A DNA stretch of 63,311 nucleotides, filler included, from Lenisia limosa (Eukaryota; Protista; Breviatea): assembly GCA_001655205.1 (NCBI GenBank). It is 10 parts of 10 records of this genome, joined end to end, with 100 filler letters (N's around TTAATTAATTAA, not from the genome) between each part and the next. Parts side by side here need not be neighbours in the genome. Positions count along the whole stretch, not along the records: positions 24,020 to 36,523 come from LPNZ01007997.1; positions 36,624 to 38,670 come from LPNZ01010991.1; positions 38,771 to 46,836 come from LPNZ01006709.1; 7 more parts are not named here. One strand, written 5' to 3'. The translations under genes and the position numbers were made by a program. Under the pieces are notes generated by a model. It was not told the origin of the DNA. It was given only the letters and a program-made list of their open reading frames with translations, and ran no database searches. This document shows positions 25,937-41,051 of the stretch, one piece after another (position 1 is the first letter of the stretch; each line of letters begins with the position of its first letter).

Positions 25937-28900
25937 TACCACAGGGTGGCCTTGTTGGAACCATCAATGTGATTTTTTGCCTTTTGTAGCAATTTTAATG
26001 TAGTTTGCTGTGAATGATGTTCTCAAATTAAATCCTGGGACCTCATTCAAGGCAATTTGGACGAAAGCTGATTGTAGTGAAAATATGTGACAACTTGCCA
26101 TAAAAGGAAATATTTTTCAAACTGAAGCCTAAAGCCCTCCCGCGGCTTGTTTTAAGGTTTTGTAATAATATAAGGAGATAGTGATGTTATTCCAGTTTTT
26201 CTAACATAGTACACACAGAGTGTTATTGTTGCAGTTTCTGTTTTTAACGCCTATTCGGACCGTCATCCAGTGGGTTTCTGACGCTGTTGACGCCTGCTCT
26301 TCTTATCTTTAGTTTCATGTATATTTACAGGGTGGAAAAGGAGATAAAGGACAGAAATCCTTTCTTTCTTTGGTTTTGTTCGGTTGGTCATATGATGTTT
26401 CTTAAATGATATGGTGTACTCTTGTAAGATAAAATATCCGATTTGTTAATGTTTGTAGTCGAAATGTGCAACGCCTACCTGCAGGAGATTGAAGCCAACG
26501 CTTCCATAATTCCTGATAACCACACATTTAGGTACCCCATACATTCCATTGATATCGTTGCACTATTGGGAAAGTTTTGCTTTCATGCTCTTTATCCATA
26601 ATAACATATGATATCAGATATCTATAATATTAACTGATTTACAGGCATATTGTATGTGTATCAATTGGACCCGAAAGTATGAAATTCATATTTCTTACGT
26701 TTTTAGGATTGCACATATCATCGCCGAAGTAAGCGGGTTGGAATATAATCATGCATCATTACTCATGATAGTGATAGCAATATTCACCAACATATCTGGA
26801 TATTCACATCCCAGCAAAACATCAACACCGGTTCAACCTTTGTGGTATGCTTGAGATTGTTTTTTGAAGAGTGTTTATTTGTAATCGCTTTCCCATTGTC
26901 AGCATTTTACCATGAAGGCCTCAATATCCAGCGCCTTGGAGACGATGGAAGAAAACAACCCCAGTGTTGTGGGATGGGATATTAATCGATGAAATACTAC
27001 AAAATTGTGTAGATGTGTATTCACCCTAGTAGCTTGTGAGTCTTGTGCCAACAATTCAAACAGAAGATCAGCTAAGATTTGTATGTGGACTACTTTTCCA
27101 ACTCACCAAATTTTGTGTCATTGCAAAATATTCTTATAATAAAGACCGTAAACATATAGTATTCGACCTCTTTTTACACTTTAGTTTCTCACACAGAATC
27201 CAAACTTCAGACTTATCATTATCCAGCCAATTACAAATATTTTACGTTTGTTTCACCTCACCAGATCATTCATTTCATGACATTTTAGTGTCACTGTCTG
27301 ATATTGCTTGTGATTTTCCTAATGTTATGTTTCTTATTGGGTAAGTTTGGTAATATACATGATATACAATTGTAAAATGTCCAGACGATATGATACTCAC
27401 CAATCATGGGTCCTTTCTTTAGTTCCAATTAGCCTGTATTTTTGAATGACCTTACAGTGCTTCGATACGCAGTAATTATCCCGTGAATGTGAAAACGTTC
27501 GCAGCCCGAGAGTAGGTTTTGAAACATACTAAGGGAAATAACACCTCATTGACTCGGAGCAGATGACTCACTTACAATTTTAGACTCACGAATCACTTTC
27601 TAAGGGGTTACGCATCTGGACTATTTACCACCAATAAACGAGTTTGTTGAACAACAGAAATGATTCTAGTCTTCTATATACTGTATCTTCGTTGAAAAAC
27701 AAACATGATTAACTTTTAATTATGATTTCAATCACTGCTGTAGATTGGCGTCGTGAGTGGTTCTATTCTAGTCAAAGATTTCAATGCCTGCATGCTTGGT
27801 ATGCTATTAGGGTAGTAAATTTTCACAAATGCTATTTAATATTAACTGGTACAGAGAAATATTTTATAAACACGAAATGAACCACCTTTTATAATAATAT
27901 CAGGTGTTCAACAGGCCTGTCCAGAATGCAAGATATTCTTAATGGACTCCGGGTACTTCAAATCACAGTACAGCTATGTAATACCGCGTCTTCTTTTTGA
28001 ACGCCACGTATGTTCAAATCATTTGAGGAACTGGATACAAGCTCTTGTTTCTTATTATTTTGCTGTTATTTATTTTCTTCAGAAAACAGATCTGATTATC
28101 AGCTTCACTGATGGCGACGGCACATGTATAGGTTTGAAATCAATCCGCTTAAATATATTGATCAAAATGCCTAAATTAACATTTTGAAAGCGAAGGGCCT
28201 CTCTTTTCAATTTTATTTGAAAAATGGTATGTATGCATTTTTTCTTACAAACTCCTTTTATGTTGATTTCCATTTTTAATGGCATTTAATCAGCAGTTTC
28301 AAATATTTCACACAAATTGTAGAAGCTTTGGCGTTAGGAATGAAATGCTCCACTTTTCTTGGTCCACATAGAGCATTGGGAGAGGATATGTTCACCTCAT
28401 TTGTAAGCTGTTTTGTATATTAATTGAGCTTAGATTTTTAATCCTCTTGGCTTTATATTCAATTCAGTTTGTTACTTTTGTAATCTAGACACAATTGGTC
28501 AGACAAAGAATGTTCACAACAACTGAACTGTTTGTTGGAAACTCAATAGCTCTTGAGGAATTCCCACTTCTTACGCCGGATCGTGTAAGCATGACCGTCG
28601 TTTTTTTGTACGTGTTGGGCAAGTCATGGTTCACACTTTGTCTCGAAGGGTCGATGACAATTTAGATAACAGACAGATACAACACTTTGCTGGACTCGGG
28701 GATGTTGAGGCCTTTCTGTTACCCTTATGTTCCTGAGGCTGCAATCGGGGAGTGTTTGAATGAACAAGAAGAAAATCAATTCTATGGAACAAAGTAAGTA
28801 TTGACTATTGACAATTCAATTATCATCTACTGCTTTCATTATCTAGTTACTTTGTTCTCCCATTTGTCAATAACGTTCCGCTCAGGATTGATCGATCCGA

Positions 28901-31900
28901 TGACTATAATAGTATGTAGGTGTCTCATAAGTATATACACTATACATACTATAGTATATATATCATATGATATTATATATTATATTCCTCTTCACATTCA
29001 TATTTTAGTTGTTGCCTTGTATCAAACAAATGATACTAAAGAAACTAAAGAAAGGTAAATTTACTAACTGACAAGATTTGCACAGATTCAACTCAGCCAA
29101 AAGTCAGCTTCTTTCAAAGAGTCTGAGTTTAATCTGAATAATCGTTTCTCTGTGCTACTCCAAACATGTGAAAAGTTCTCTCTTGATCCTGGAATAGACC
29201 TACAGTAAGTACAGGGCAAAACAAGGAATAGGGTGTGACAAATTTCTAACCATATAGAACAACACTTACGTTGCAATCAGGGGTCAACCTTTTGAAATTC
29301 AACGAAACATCAGCGTTATTCTATATCCAACCTGAAGTCCCATTTCCAGTCAGAGTAACTCTAACATTCACCGGTAATATGTAAATATTGAGAAACATGA
29401 TCCAATATATCAAATTAGATACTCTTCCTTTCAGATAATTTCAATTTCATTTACATTTCACATTTACAAGGTATCAAAGTAAATGGAAAGGGACCCTGTC
29501 AGATCGGTGCAAGGTTTTTCAATGAAAAGATCCTTTTGTCGACACTTATCAAAAATATTGTCATACCACCAGAAGAGGTTGATGATTCAGTTTGGTGGAC
29601 ATTTTAACTTAGGACTCTCAAAAATGGATCTGGTTACTTATTCTGTTTTTGATAATAAGTGCAATTCTAGGTAAGGGAAAATGACAGTCTTATTATTTAG
29701 TGCTTATTTTATCAATATATTTCCGACAAACAATACTAGCAAATAAAGCATATCAACTAGCTACAAAGGTAAGATGATATTTTACTGGGATTCAAATGTG
29801 TTTCATTAAGTGTTTGTAATGATGTATTCAGGAAGACGAGAATATTGCTCCATTTTCCACCTATCTAGAGACATCAAAGGTTGACCTTTTGGAATTAAAT
29901 TCGGTAAGCAGAACAGATATTCATAATGCCGCTTATGTAATCTCTTTCAATTTCAAATTTATTGGCAATTCTTTAACTATGCCGACTTTTTAGGACTTAA
30001 AACTGCAAAAACACGCGTCTACATCATTTAATCAGAAGGTTTATTTGAAGACGCTTTCCATCTTAAAGAGTAAGCATCACGTTAGTAACTATTTGTATGT
30101 CCACATTTACGTCCATTCTTGATTAGGCAAATATACTCACTTTGCTAATACACCAACTAGAATTGTCCCGTGACCGCATGATCTACCAACTGGACAACAG
30201 TCAACACACACGTACGGATGTTGTACATATTGACAATCAACTAGCATATTTAGTTCTACCAAAGTTGTTAACATGTTTTATAAGTCCATTTTCTGAATGA
30301 AATGAAGTATGATTAACTCAGATGAAATCCAAGAAGCTGATGTTTTCCTTGATGCGTACGTTGACACTAATATCACAAGAATTGTATGTTTGAAGACAAT
30401 CCCAAAATCTTGTAGAATTCTATCCTTTATGACCTTAGAATTTTTCCGATGAAGACAGCGAATTGCTTTGGTGGAATGTTGTTGTTCATGGTGGTGAAGT
30501 TAAATTACCATTTAAACAAATCACAATCAACCCTGAACAGTATGTAGGAATGAACAACTCTGTAGACGTACATACTGTATATATTCATACTGCGTCTCTA
30601 ACTGTTACAATCTATTTGTGTCCAACTGTCACTTTGTGGTGTTATCAACATAACCATTGCTCAAAACTAACAGGCCGCCACCAAGTCAAGCTTCTCTCAC
30701 AGATGCCGCCAAACTGTAGGTTATTTTCAAAGAGCCCGTGAGATCAAATTTATAAATTTATGAATTATCATAAGGTCCTTTCTCAATCATATTTGACTAA
30801 GCTTCACTTTTTAGGTCAGCCTATGAGATTCAAAAAGAAGTCACAAGGTGCCTTCAGCTTGATTTTGACAGCTCGTCTCTGGAAAAGCTAGATACTTGTA
30901 TGTGAATACTTGAAATAATCTCATAGTATATCATATCTATATATTAGTAGCTATATCATATATATCATACATGTATATCATATACTATTATAATATCATA
31001 ATATGGTTGTTGGTATGACTTTGCTCATTTTTAAGCGGTGCCTCTTGTGCATGTGGTTGCGTTCCATATCACAACACGCTTCCCTGAGCTCTTAAACATA
31101 CTTGACGAGTCTCGATTTATGTTTGTTTTGGAAATACTATCAATATTACATATCGATATGTATACATCACGGAATTTCGCACTTTTCAAACTCTCAATTT
31201 TTTTTGAAATGAAGACAATCCTTTTTCAACATTAGCGCTGTCATTCATCAAATAACACCCAATTTCCCCCTTACATTGTAGGACTTGGTTGTTTACTATT
31301 TGCTCTGCGTATCATGAAATTCCAAGTTTTAATATCAAGCGAGCTACTCAGGTAATCATACAGTCATGCTTTATTTGTAATAATTTTAGACATTCTCCTA
31401 TGGAGCAAATTTGCTATATCGAAGATCAAAATCATTGTAAGGGAAATCATTTCATTTGCTAACAGTGTAGTGAATTTTCTCTTTCTGAGAAATTGGCATT
31501 ATTAGTCACTTTGATAGCACTGGATGTTGGACATATAGGGTTGGTACTCTATGTTCATTTATACAAAATATAGTGTGAAAAACAACTGGTTAGAACATAT
31601 TGCCCATCCCCTGGACCTCTTATACTTCGGACAATCGGTAAGCTATTTGGCTCCATTGGAATATCGTGCAGCCCGCTTTGCTTCTTAATCTTTTCTGTCG
31701 GTTTGTCATTTGATATGTTATTTGAAAAGCTCTACTAACTGTTGCACTATTTTCTGATTATGATATTTAGGTAATGGAAATGTACTCTTGCAGCCAAGCC
31801 TTCGCCCTGATGCGTTATTCAAGCATGGACTTCCTGTCAACTGAAATTGACTTGTTTGTTACACATAAGTAATATCATTTGTAGAATGTCATTTCGTGAG

Positions 31901-32900
31901 CTTTCGGTCAAGCTGTTTCTGGCTTCTGACATGAGACGCCATTTTGAATATGCATCTCTCCTTGGCAATGCGGGTAGGTCTTACAAAAAACTTGGCTATC
32001 ACAGAATCAATACGGCGCATGAACTTGGAATTCCCTTGTAGTATTTGGCAATCCCATAATTTTCTTCAAATTTCCATCAAATTCCATGGGATTCCCATGT
32101 AAAATAGAGGAATTTCCAAGTTTTTCACAAGAAATCCAAGTCGATGACCGTAGTGATTGTGAAAGTACGTGATTGGTTTAGATATCGAGAACTCGGTTGC
32201 CAACTTGCAGCTTATCGTCAAAATGGCTGATATGAGGTTAGCTTTCGTGGTTTTGAAAATTGGGAATGTTTCTGGGGGTCACCCTTTCAGCTGTTTACTG
32301 TTACCTTTTGACATGTCACGAAGATGGTGTATTGAGATGTGCCAAAGTATTCGTGAACAGGTGGGAATATGAAAATAAGAAAATTGCCTGATATGAGATG
32401 AACAAAAAGTCCTGTTTGGAACTATTTACTATTCTTAGGACATCATTGCCGAGCATTTCAATAAGGAACATGTAAGTTCATCTCATGAATGTGGTGTTTA
32501 CCTTATAGCCCAAGAAGAATGGCAGTCAGAACTTAATCCAACGAATGCTTGAGTATGGTTCTGTTTTTTTATCACCCCTCCCTTCTGACACGATTATAGT
32601 TCTAGTTTGTTTCAAGAACATAGAACATGACCATGAACGCAAACCAATCTCATAATTTAGGTATATTTACATACCGTATGCATTGGCCATGGAAGAGAGG
32701 ATGTTTCCAAACTTGGGAGCAAAGAAGAATGGTAGGGTTAGGCATCTCTCTCAAACTGTGTATTTCATTTCATATTTTGTCATTAACTCTTTGTTGCGTT
32801 TTACCAATTGACTCAGAACAACAGTTATATTAATTACTCAGGTGAAATAAACCGCGAGCTTGTTCAAGCAATTTCTTCGTCACAATGTTGTATTGGTTAA
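25937..32900 (+). CDS. Single-pass receptor: BMP-family ligand-binding ectodomain, TM helix, degenerate class I cyclic-nucleotide phosphodiesterase domain
   Basis: In-frame exon joins: DHSFHDILVSLSDIACDFPNVMFLIG; GYASGLFTTNKR|IGVVSGSILVKDFNACML|GVQQACPECKIFLMDSG (BMP-like); TM WIWLLILFLIISAIL|VLILSIYF (29613-29768); PDE-like ICSAYHEIPSFNIKRATQ, EKLALLVTLIALDVGHIG|VKNNWL, VMEMYSCSQAFALM, LFLASDMRRH, LIVKMADM|SCLLLPFDMSRRW. 5' end unresolved. Confidence 0.8.
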
Positions 32901-33050
32901 TGGGTGTACTAGTTAGTTATTATGTTTGGCCCATCCCAAAAAAAGTGGATGGATTATAATTAGTATTATTGACTCAACACAAGTGGATTTATTGCATCGT
33001 CGCCCCCAAATGACATAATAGACCTAATGTACATTACAACCATCCACACT

Positions 33051-36523
<3,473 letters not shown>

Positions 36524-37021
36524 NNNNNNNNNNNNNNNNNNNNNNNNNNNNNNNNNNNNNNNNNNNNTTAATTAATTAANNNNNNNNNNNNNNNNNNNNN
36601 NNNNNNNNNNNNNNNNNNNNNNNAAAGGTTTTGTAAATTACCCTTTTTGTTGTTGTTTTTGAAAAAATGACTCATTGTTAGGCTCAAAATGAACTTGAAT
36701 GAAGAATTCTTCAAATTGCCAACACACGCACATATTTATTCCATTTTTTCAATCGCTTCTGACATGGGTATGGAACACACTCTCTCCATAGAAAAATCAG
36801 TCCAATATCATTTGAAGTTCACCTCCTAGTTGTCATCAAAAACCTTAGTGGCTAAATACAAGAATGGGGCAGTCCCAAAGATGAGGGAGGACAAAGGAAG
36901 CTCCACAAAGACCTTCAGACGAACCAGAGCACCTTCCCAATCCGGGTGATGCCTTCATGACCCCCGTTGAACCCCCTGCCAGATCCGCTCTCTACTCTTA
37001 AATACTCAAGAGTTAATTAAT

Positions 37022-37360
37022 ATGATTCAAGCAGCCAAGAAGGAGAATATTTCAAGTGAGAAAACTGCTGAGGCTTGGGCAGTGATTGCTGAACATCGTG
37101 ACCAAATTACCGAAAAGGAAATTAAGTTCTTTGAAGAAAATCCAGGTGTTTTACCATGGAATGACCTAAAATTTGTTGGAAAGACTCAACTTCAACCTTT
37201 TGAAGCTGGAAAGAAGAAGAGAAAGAGCATTGCTACACATTCTGCAGATCATTGGACTGAAGTATTGTTGGAAAATCGGAAGAAAGAAATGGCAAGAATC
37301 AAGAAAGCTAATGTCGAAGAAAAGAAGAGAAAACATGCAGAAGCAAGAAAAGGTTTTTAA
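37022..37360 (+). other. Intronless Lys/Glu-rich ORF, possible DNA-transposon remnant
   Basis: Uninterrupted 112-aa ORF in an intron-dense genome; upstream frames broken; KKKRKS...KKE tail reminiscent of pogo-type C-termini. No DDE motif seen. Confidence 0.3.
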
Positions 37361-38369
37361 ATATTGTGCAAAATTGGAATGACACTACGAAAAAGCCTGT
37401 GAAGGAAAATAGGAAATAGAAGTTTGTCATTTAGTTTTATGTCTTACTTTTAGAAGAAAATCTCATTCTGAGTGTCTACATTTTTCGATTGCTTTTATGA
37501 GCTTTGATGTTTGTAATATTAGAACCTTTCTGAAAAATACAGCTTGTGATGTTTTATACACTGAGAGTTACTGCTTTCCCCTTCGCAACATTTTTTATTG
37601 AATTAGTGTTTTTTTGAAGAAAATAAAAAAAAAGTGGACACGGTCATATATATACTATATGATTTAGTATATCGATATACAGTATTCGGGATAAGTATTG
37701 ACCGATTTTCCTTGGTAAATCATAGAGCAAATCGGTCAGGACTTGTCCCGGACACTGTATACATAATCAATAATCCATTCAACTACCCCCCTCCCCCAAC
37801 ATTCTTGATGTGTGGTCGCAAGAATAAATACTTTATAAGTATATTATATTGGACAATCAATAATCAATACAGCAAATCATCTTACCCCCTCACGTTCTTG
37901 ATGTGTGATTGAATGGAAGAGGTCATTGAAGGATGTCACTAAGTAGTCCACACTCATCAGCACTAAAAAATAAGAAGAGAAAAAAAAAAGGGGGGGGGGT
38001 AAATAAAAACTGGGNNNNNNNNNNNNNNNNNNNNNNNNNNNNNNNNNNNNNNNNNNNNNNCAGAGGAGTTGTTCGGGTGTTTATGTCAAGTAGTATAGCT
38101 AAAAGATATGATATATCATATATATTACTTTAAATTCATAAATTGAATTTCAGCTTTACAAAACCGAATTCGTTTCGACCCCCCACCATCAGCAGCGTGA
38201 ATTGAGTTGTGATAGGACGTGTGCTCGTTGTAAAGAGATTCAATGTCAGTGAGGAAGTTATGGAGCATCTAGAAAATTATCAAAATCCAAAAAAAAAAAG
38301 CCAAAAGCCAAAAAGACAAAAACAGTCAACTTTGTTTCCTATTTTTTTACGAAATACACAAGGGATGAA

Positions 38370-38461
38370 TAGAGCCTCACTTCGGTTCAGTGAATCTATC
38401 GATAAAACCTCGAAAGCTTTCGATATTTCACCGGTCTTTTTTTAACCGAAGTGAAGCCCTA
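38370..38461. mobile_element. hAT-type MITE family A copy
   Basis: TAGAGCCTCACTTCGG...CCGAAGTGAAGCCCTA. Confidence 0.8.
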
Positions 38462-39225
38462 GACGAAACGTATGAAGGTGACGACCTTCAAATATAATGT
38501 TGTGTGTTACAATTATCAAGAAACCGAATAAGAGGCCAATGAAATAGTTTCCAACACACCTCAGTGGGGATTTCGAACCGTTGGAGGAAATTTCGCTTCC
38601 GGAAAAGAAAATTCGCCTATATTAAAAAATAAAAAAATAATCCACTATTAACAAATAAATGTCATCTCCCNNNNNNNNNNNNNNNNNNNNNNNNNNNNNN
38701 NNNNNNNNNNNNNNTTAATTAATTAANNNNNNNNNNNNNNNNNNNNNNNNNNNNNNNNNNNNNNNNNNNNCCGCCCACCGCCCCGCTCCAGAAGAGATCA
38801 CCCTCCCTCCAATCCGTCCCCGTCCACTCCGCCGCCGCCCTCCTTTGTATCTTTTTATCTTTGTTTTACTGAATGTTTTTACGATAAATACATTTTTTGT
38901 CCTTTCAAACGCAAATTAGTCATTTTTGAATTTTGAAAGGACAAGAAATGTATTTATCGAAAAAACATTCAGAAACGAATTAGTCACCACTGTCGTCAAA
39001 TTTGTGTCCTCNNNNNNNNNNNNNNNNNNNNNNNNNNNNNNNNNNNNNNNNNNNNNNNNNNNNNNNNNNNNNNNNNNNNNNNNNNNNNNNNNNNNNNNNN
39101 NNNNNNNNNNNNNNNNNNNNNNNNNNNNNNNNNNNNNNNNNNNNNNNNNNNNNNNNNNNNNNNNNNNNNNNNNNNNNNNNNNNNNNNNNNNNNNNNNNNN
39201 NNNNNNNNNNNNNNNNNNNNNNNNN

Positions 39226-40350
39226 NGTAACAACACCGACATTAAATGGATCAAGGCCCATCAATCACATATCATATAGAAGGTCCAGAAGCCAAAGGCA
39301 ACAACATAGCAGACAAACTGGCGGAAGGAGCTTCCAAGCCGCCATCCCAGTTTCTCCATAACCTAGCCCCCATAATTGCCCCAGCACCAAATGCTACTTC
39401 ACCTGCGAAACTATTAGTGACCTCCTCTCGGCCTCCCCAAACAACAGCCCGGACACCCAAACACTCCTTGGCAATGTCCACAAAGCCCTGAGTCCCGGCT
39501 TGCGAACCTCGTGATGCGCTCTGCACTACAAATCCCCACATACGCAATCCACACTGGTACAAACGACTTTATACCAGGCTCCGGCTACAACAGTAAAAAA
39601 CTTCTTCCGTGGACTCTTGAAAAATTTAGACTCCAGGTCATCTCGGACACCCTCTCCACACGAAAATGGTTCGCAAAATTCCAGAACACCAGCCCACTAT
39701 GCCCTCTCTGCGTAGCCCAACCGGAATCGTTCCACCACCTAGCCGTAAATGCCCTCACCCAGGCCTTGTCACACTCCGAACAAAGCTTTTGTCCGATCGA
39801 AGAAGAATCTTGACAACGGAGATAGTCTGAACGAACGGCCTCCCCGGCCTCCGTTAATTGCACCCCTTTCATCTACTCAAAACTTTATGTCTATAAATCA
39901 TAACGCAATATTTACCCCCACAGTTCACCCTCTAACAATTCGTATTGTCCCTACCATCACATCCGACATCCCCAATCTGAGACCTTCCAGCGAAGCCCTA
40001 AAATTCCTACTCCAACACGCCAAGGAAATATGGACTTTCAGAACAGTCCCCATAATCACAACCCGGACCCCTTCATCCCTCCGGAGCCAGACCCCTTCTC
40101 TTCTCTTCTCTCCTTTCTTCCTCTTGCGAAATGCGACCCCGTTTCGCAGCTATATTCATGGAACCTCACCTACAACTACTACAAGGTGATGTGAACCGAA
40201 CCCTCCCATCCACACTCTCACCATTTTAGCCACCCCTTCCCCTGTAACCACAGCACTCCTTGAGCCCCATTGAGATCATTGCCTTAATGACCGGCACTTC
40301 TCGGGGCTCTAGCAGGATCCCTCCCGATCCCCTTCTATTACACGGTGAGA
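39226..40350 (+). mobile_element. 3' remnant of an RNase H-containing non-LTR retrotransposon
   Basis: IKWIKAH.. / GNNIADKLAEGA RNase H C-terminus across a frameshift, then LCPLCVAQPESFHHL zinc-finger-like motif; intronless and C-rich. Confidence 0.7.
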
Positions 40351-41051
40351 CGAANNNNNNNNNNNNNNNNNNNNNNNNNNNNNNNNNNNNNNNNNNNNNN
40401 NNNNNNNNNNNNNNNNNNNNNNNNNNNNNNNNNNNNNNNNNNNNNNNNNNNAAATTTTGTTGTACAAGTTATTTCTTCATTTTCTTTATTTTCTTGTACA
40501 GAATGTGTATTATTTGTATTGTCTCTCTCTCTCCCAAATTAACTGATACATTTACATTCTTGTTTTAAAAAAGCGAATTGGATTTCGCGAACTTTTTGCG
40601 TGTGTTTAACAAGCCTCCTGAATAAATTTCACATATTTTTTCATATGATTCTCTAGATTAAGACTCAATAAACAAGACTTCCAATTTTTATAACAAAATC
40701 ACACAGCATTGAGTGGAATTATTGGCTTAAAAGTTGCAGTTATTATTATTGTTAATAGTTGAACAAAGCCCACAAACATTAAAGTTGACAAGACTGGCGT
40801 TGTCTGGAATCTCATTAATGGTCAGGTGGAGGACAGGAGGGTTCGTGCCTGTGTGAATGAAGCCTGTCCATGTTCAAAAAGGAGCCCCATCACAGCAAGC
40901 CCTAAAATGTAGGGCTCATTGCAACTAATAATATTGGTATTAAATAATTGAATTGATATTTGTTCTGGAGAACCGAGTTTAATAAAATAATAATGGAAAA
41001 TTCTCAAATTTTCAATTATTATCAATTAATTATATTTCAATTTCCAATTAA

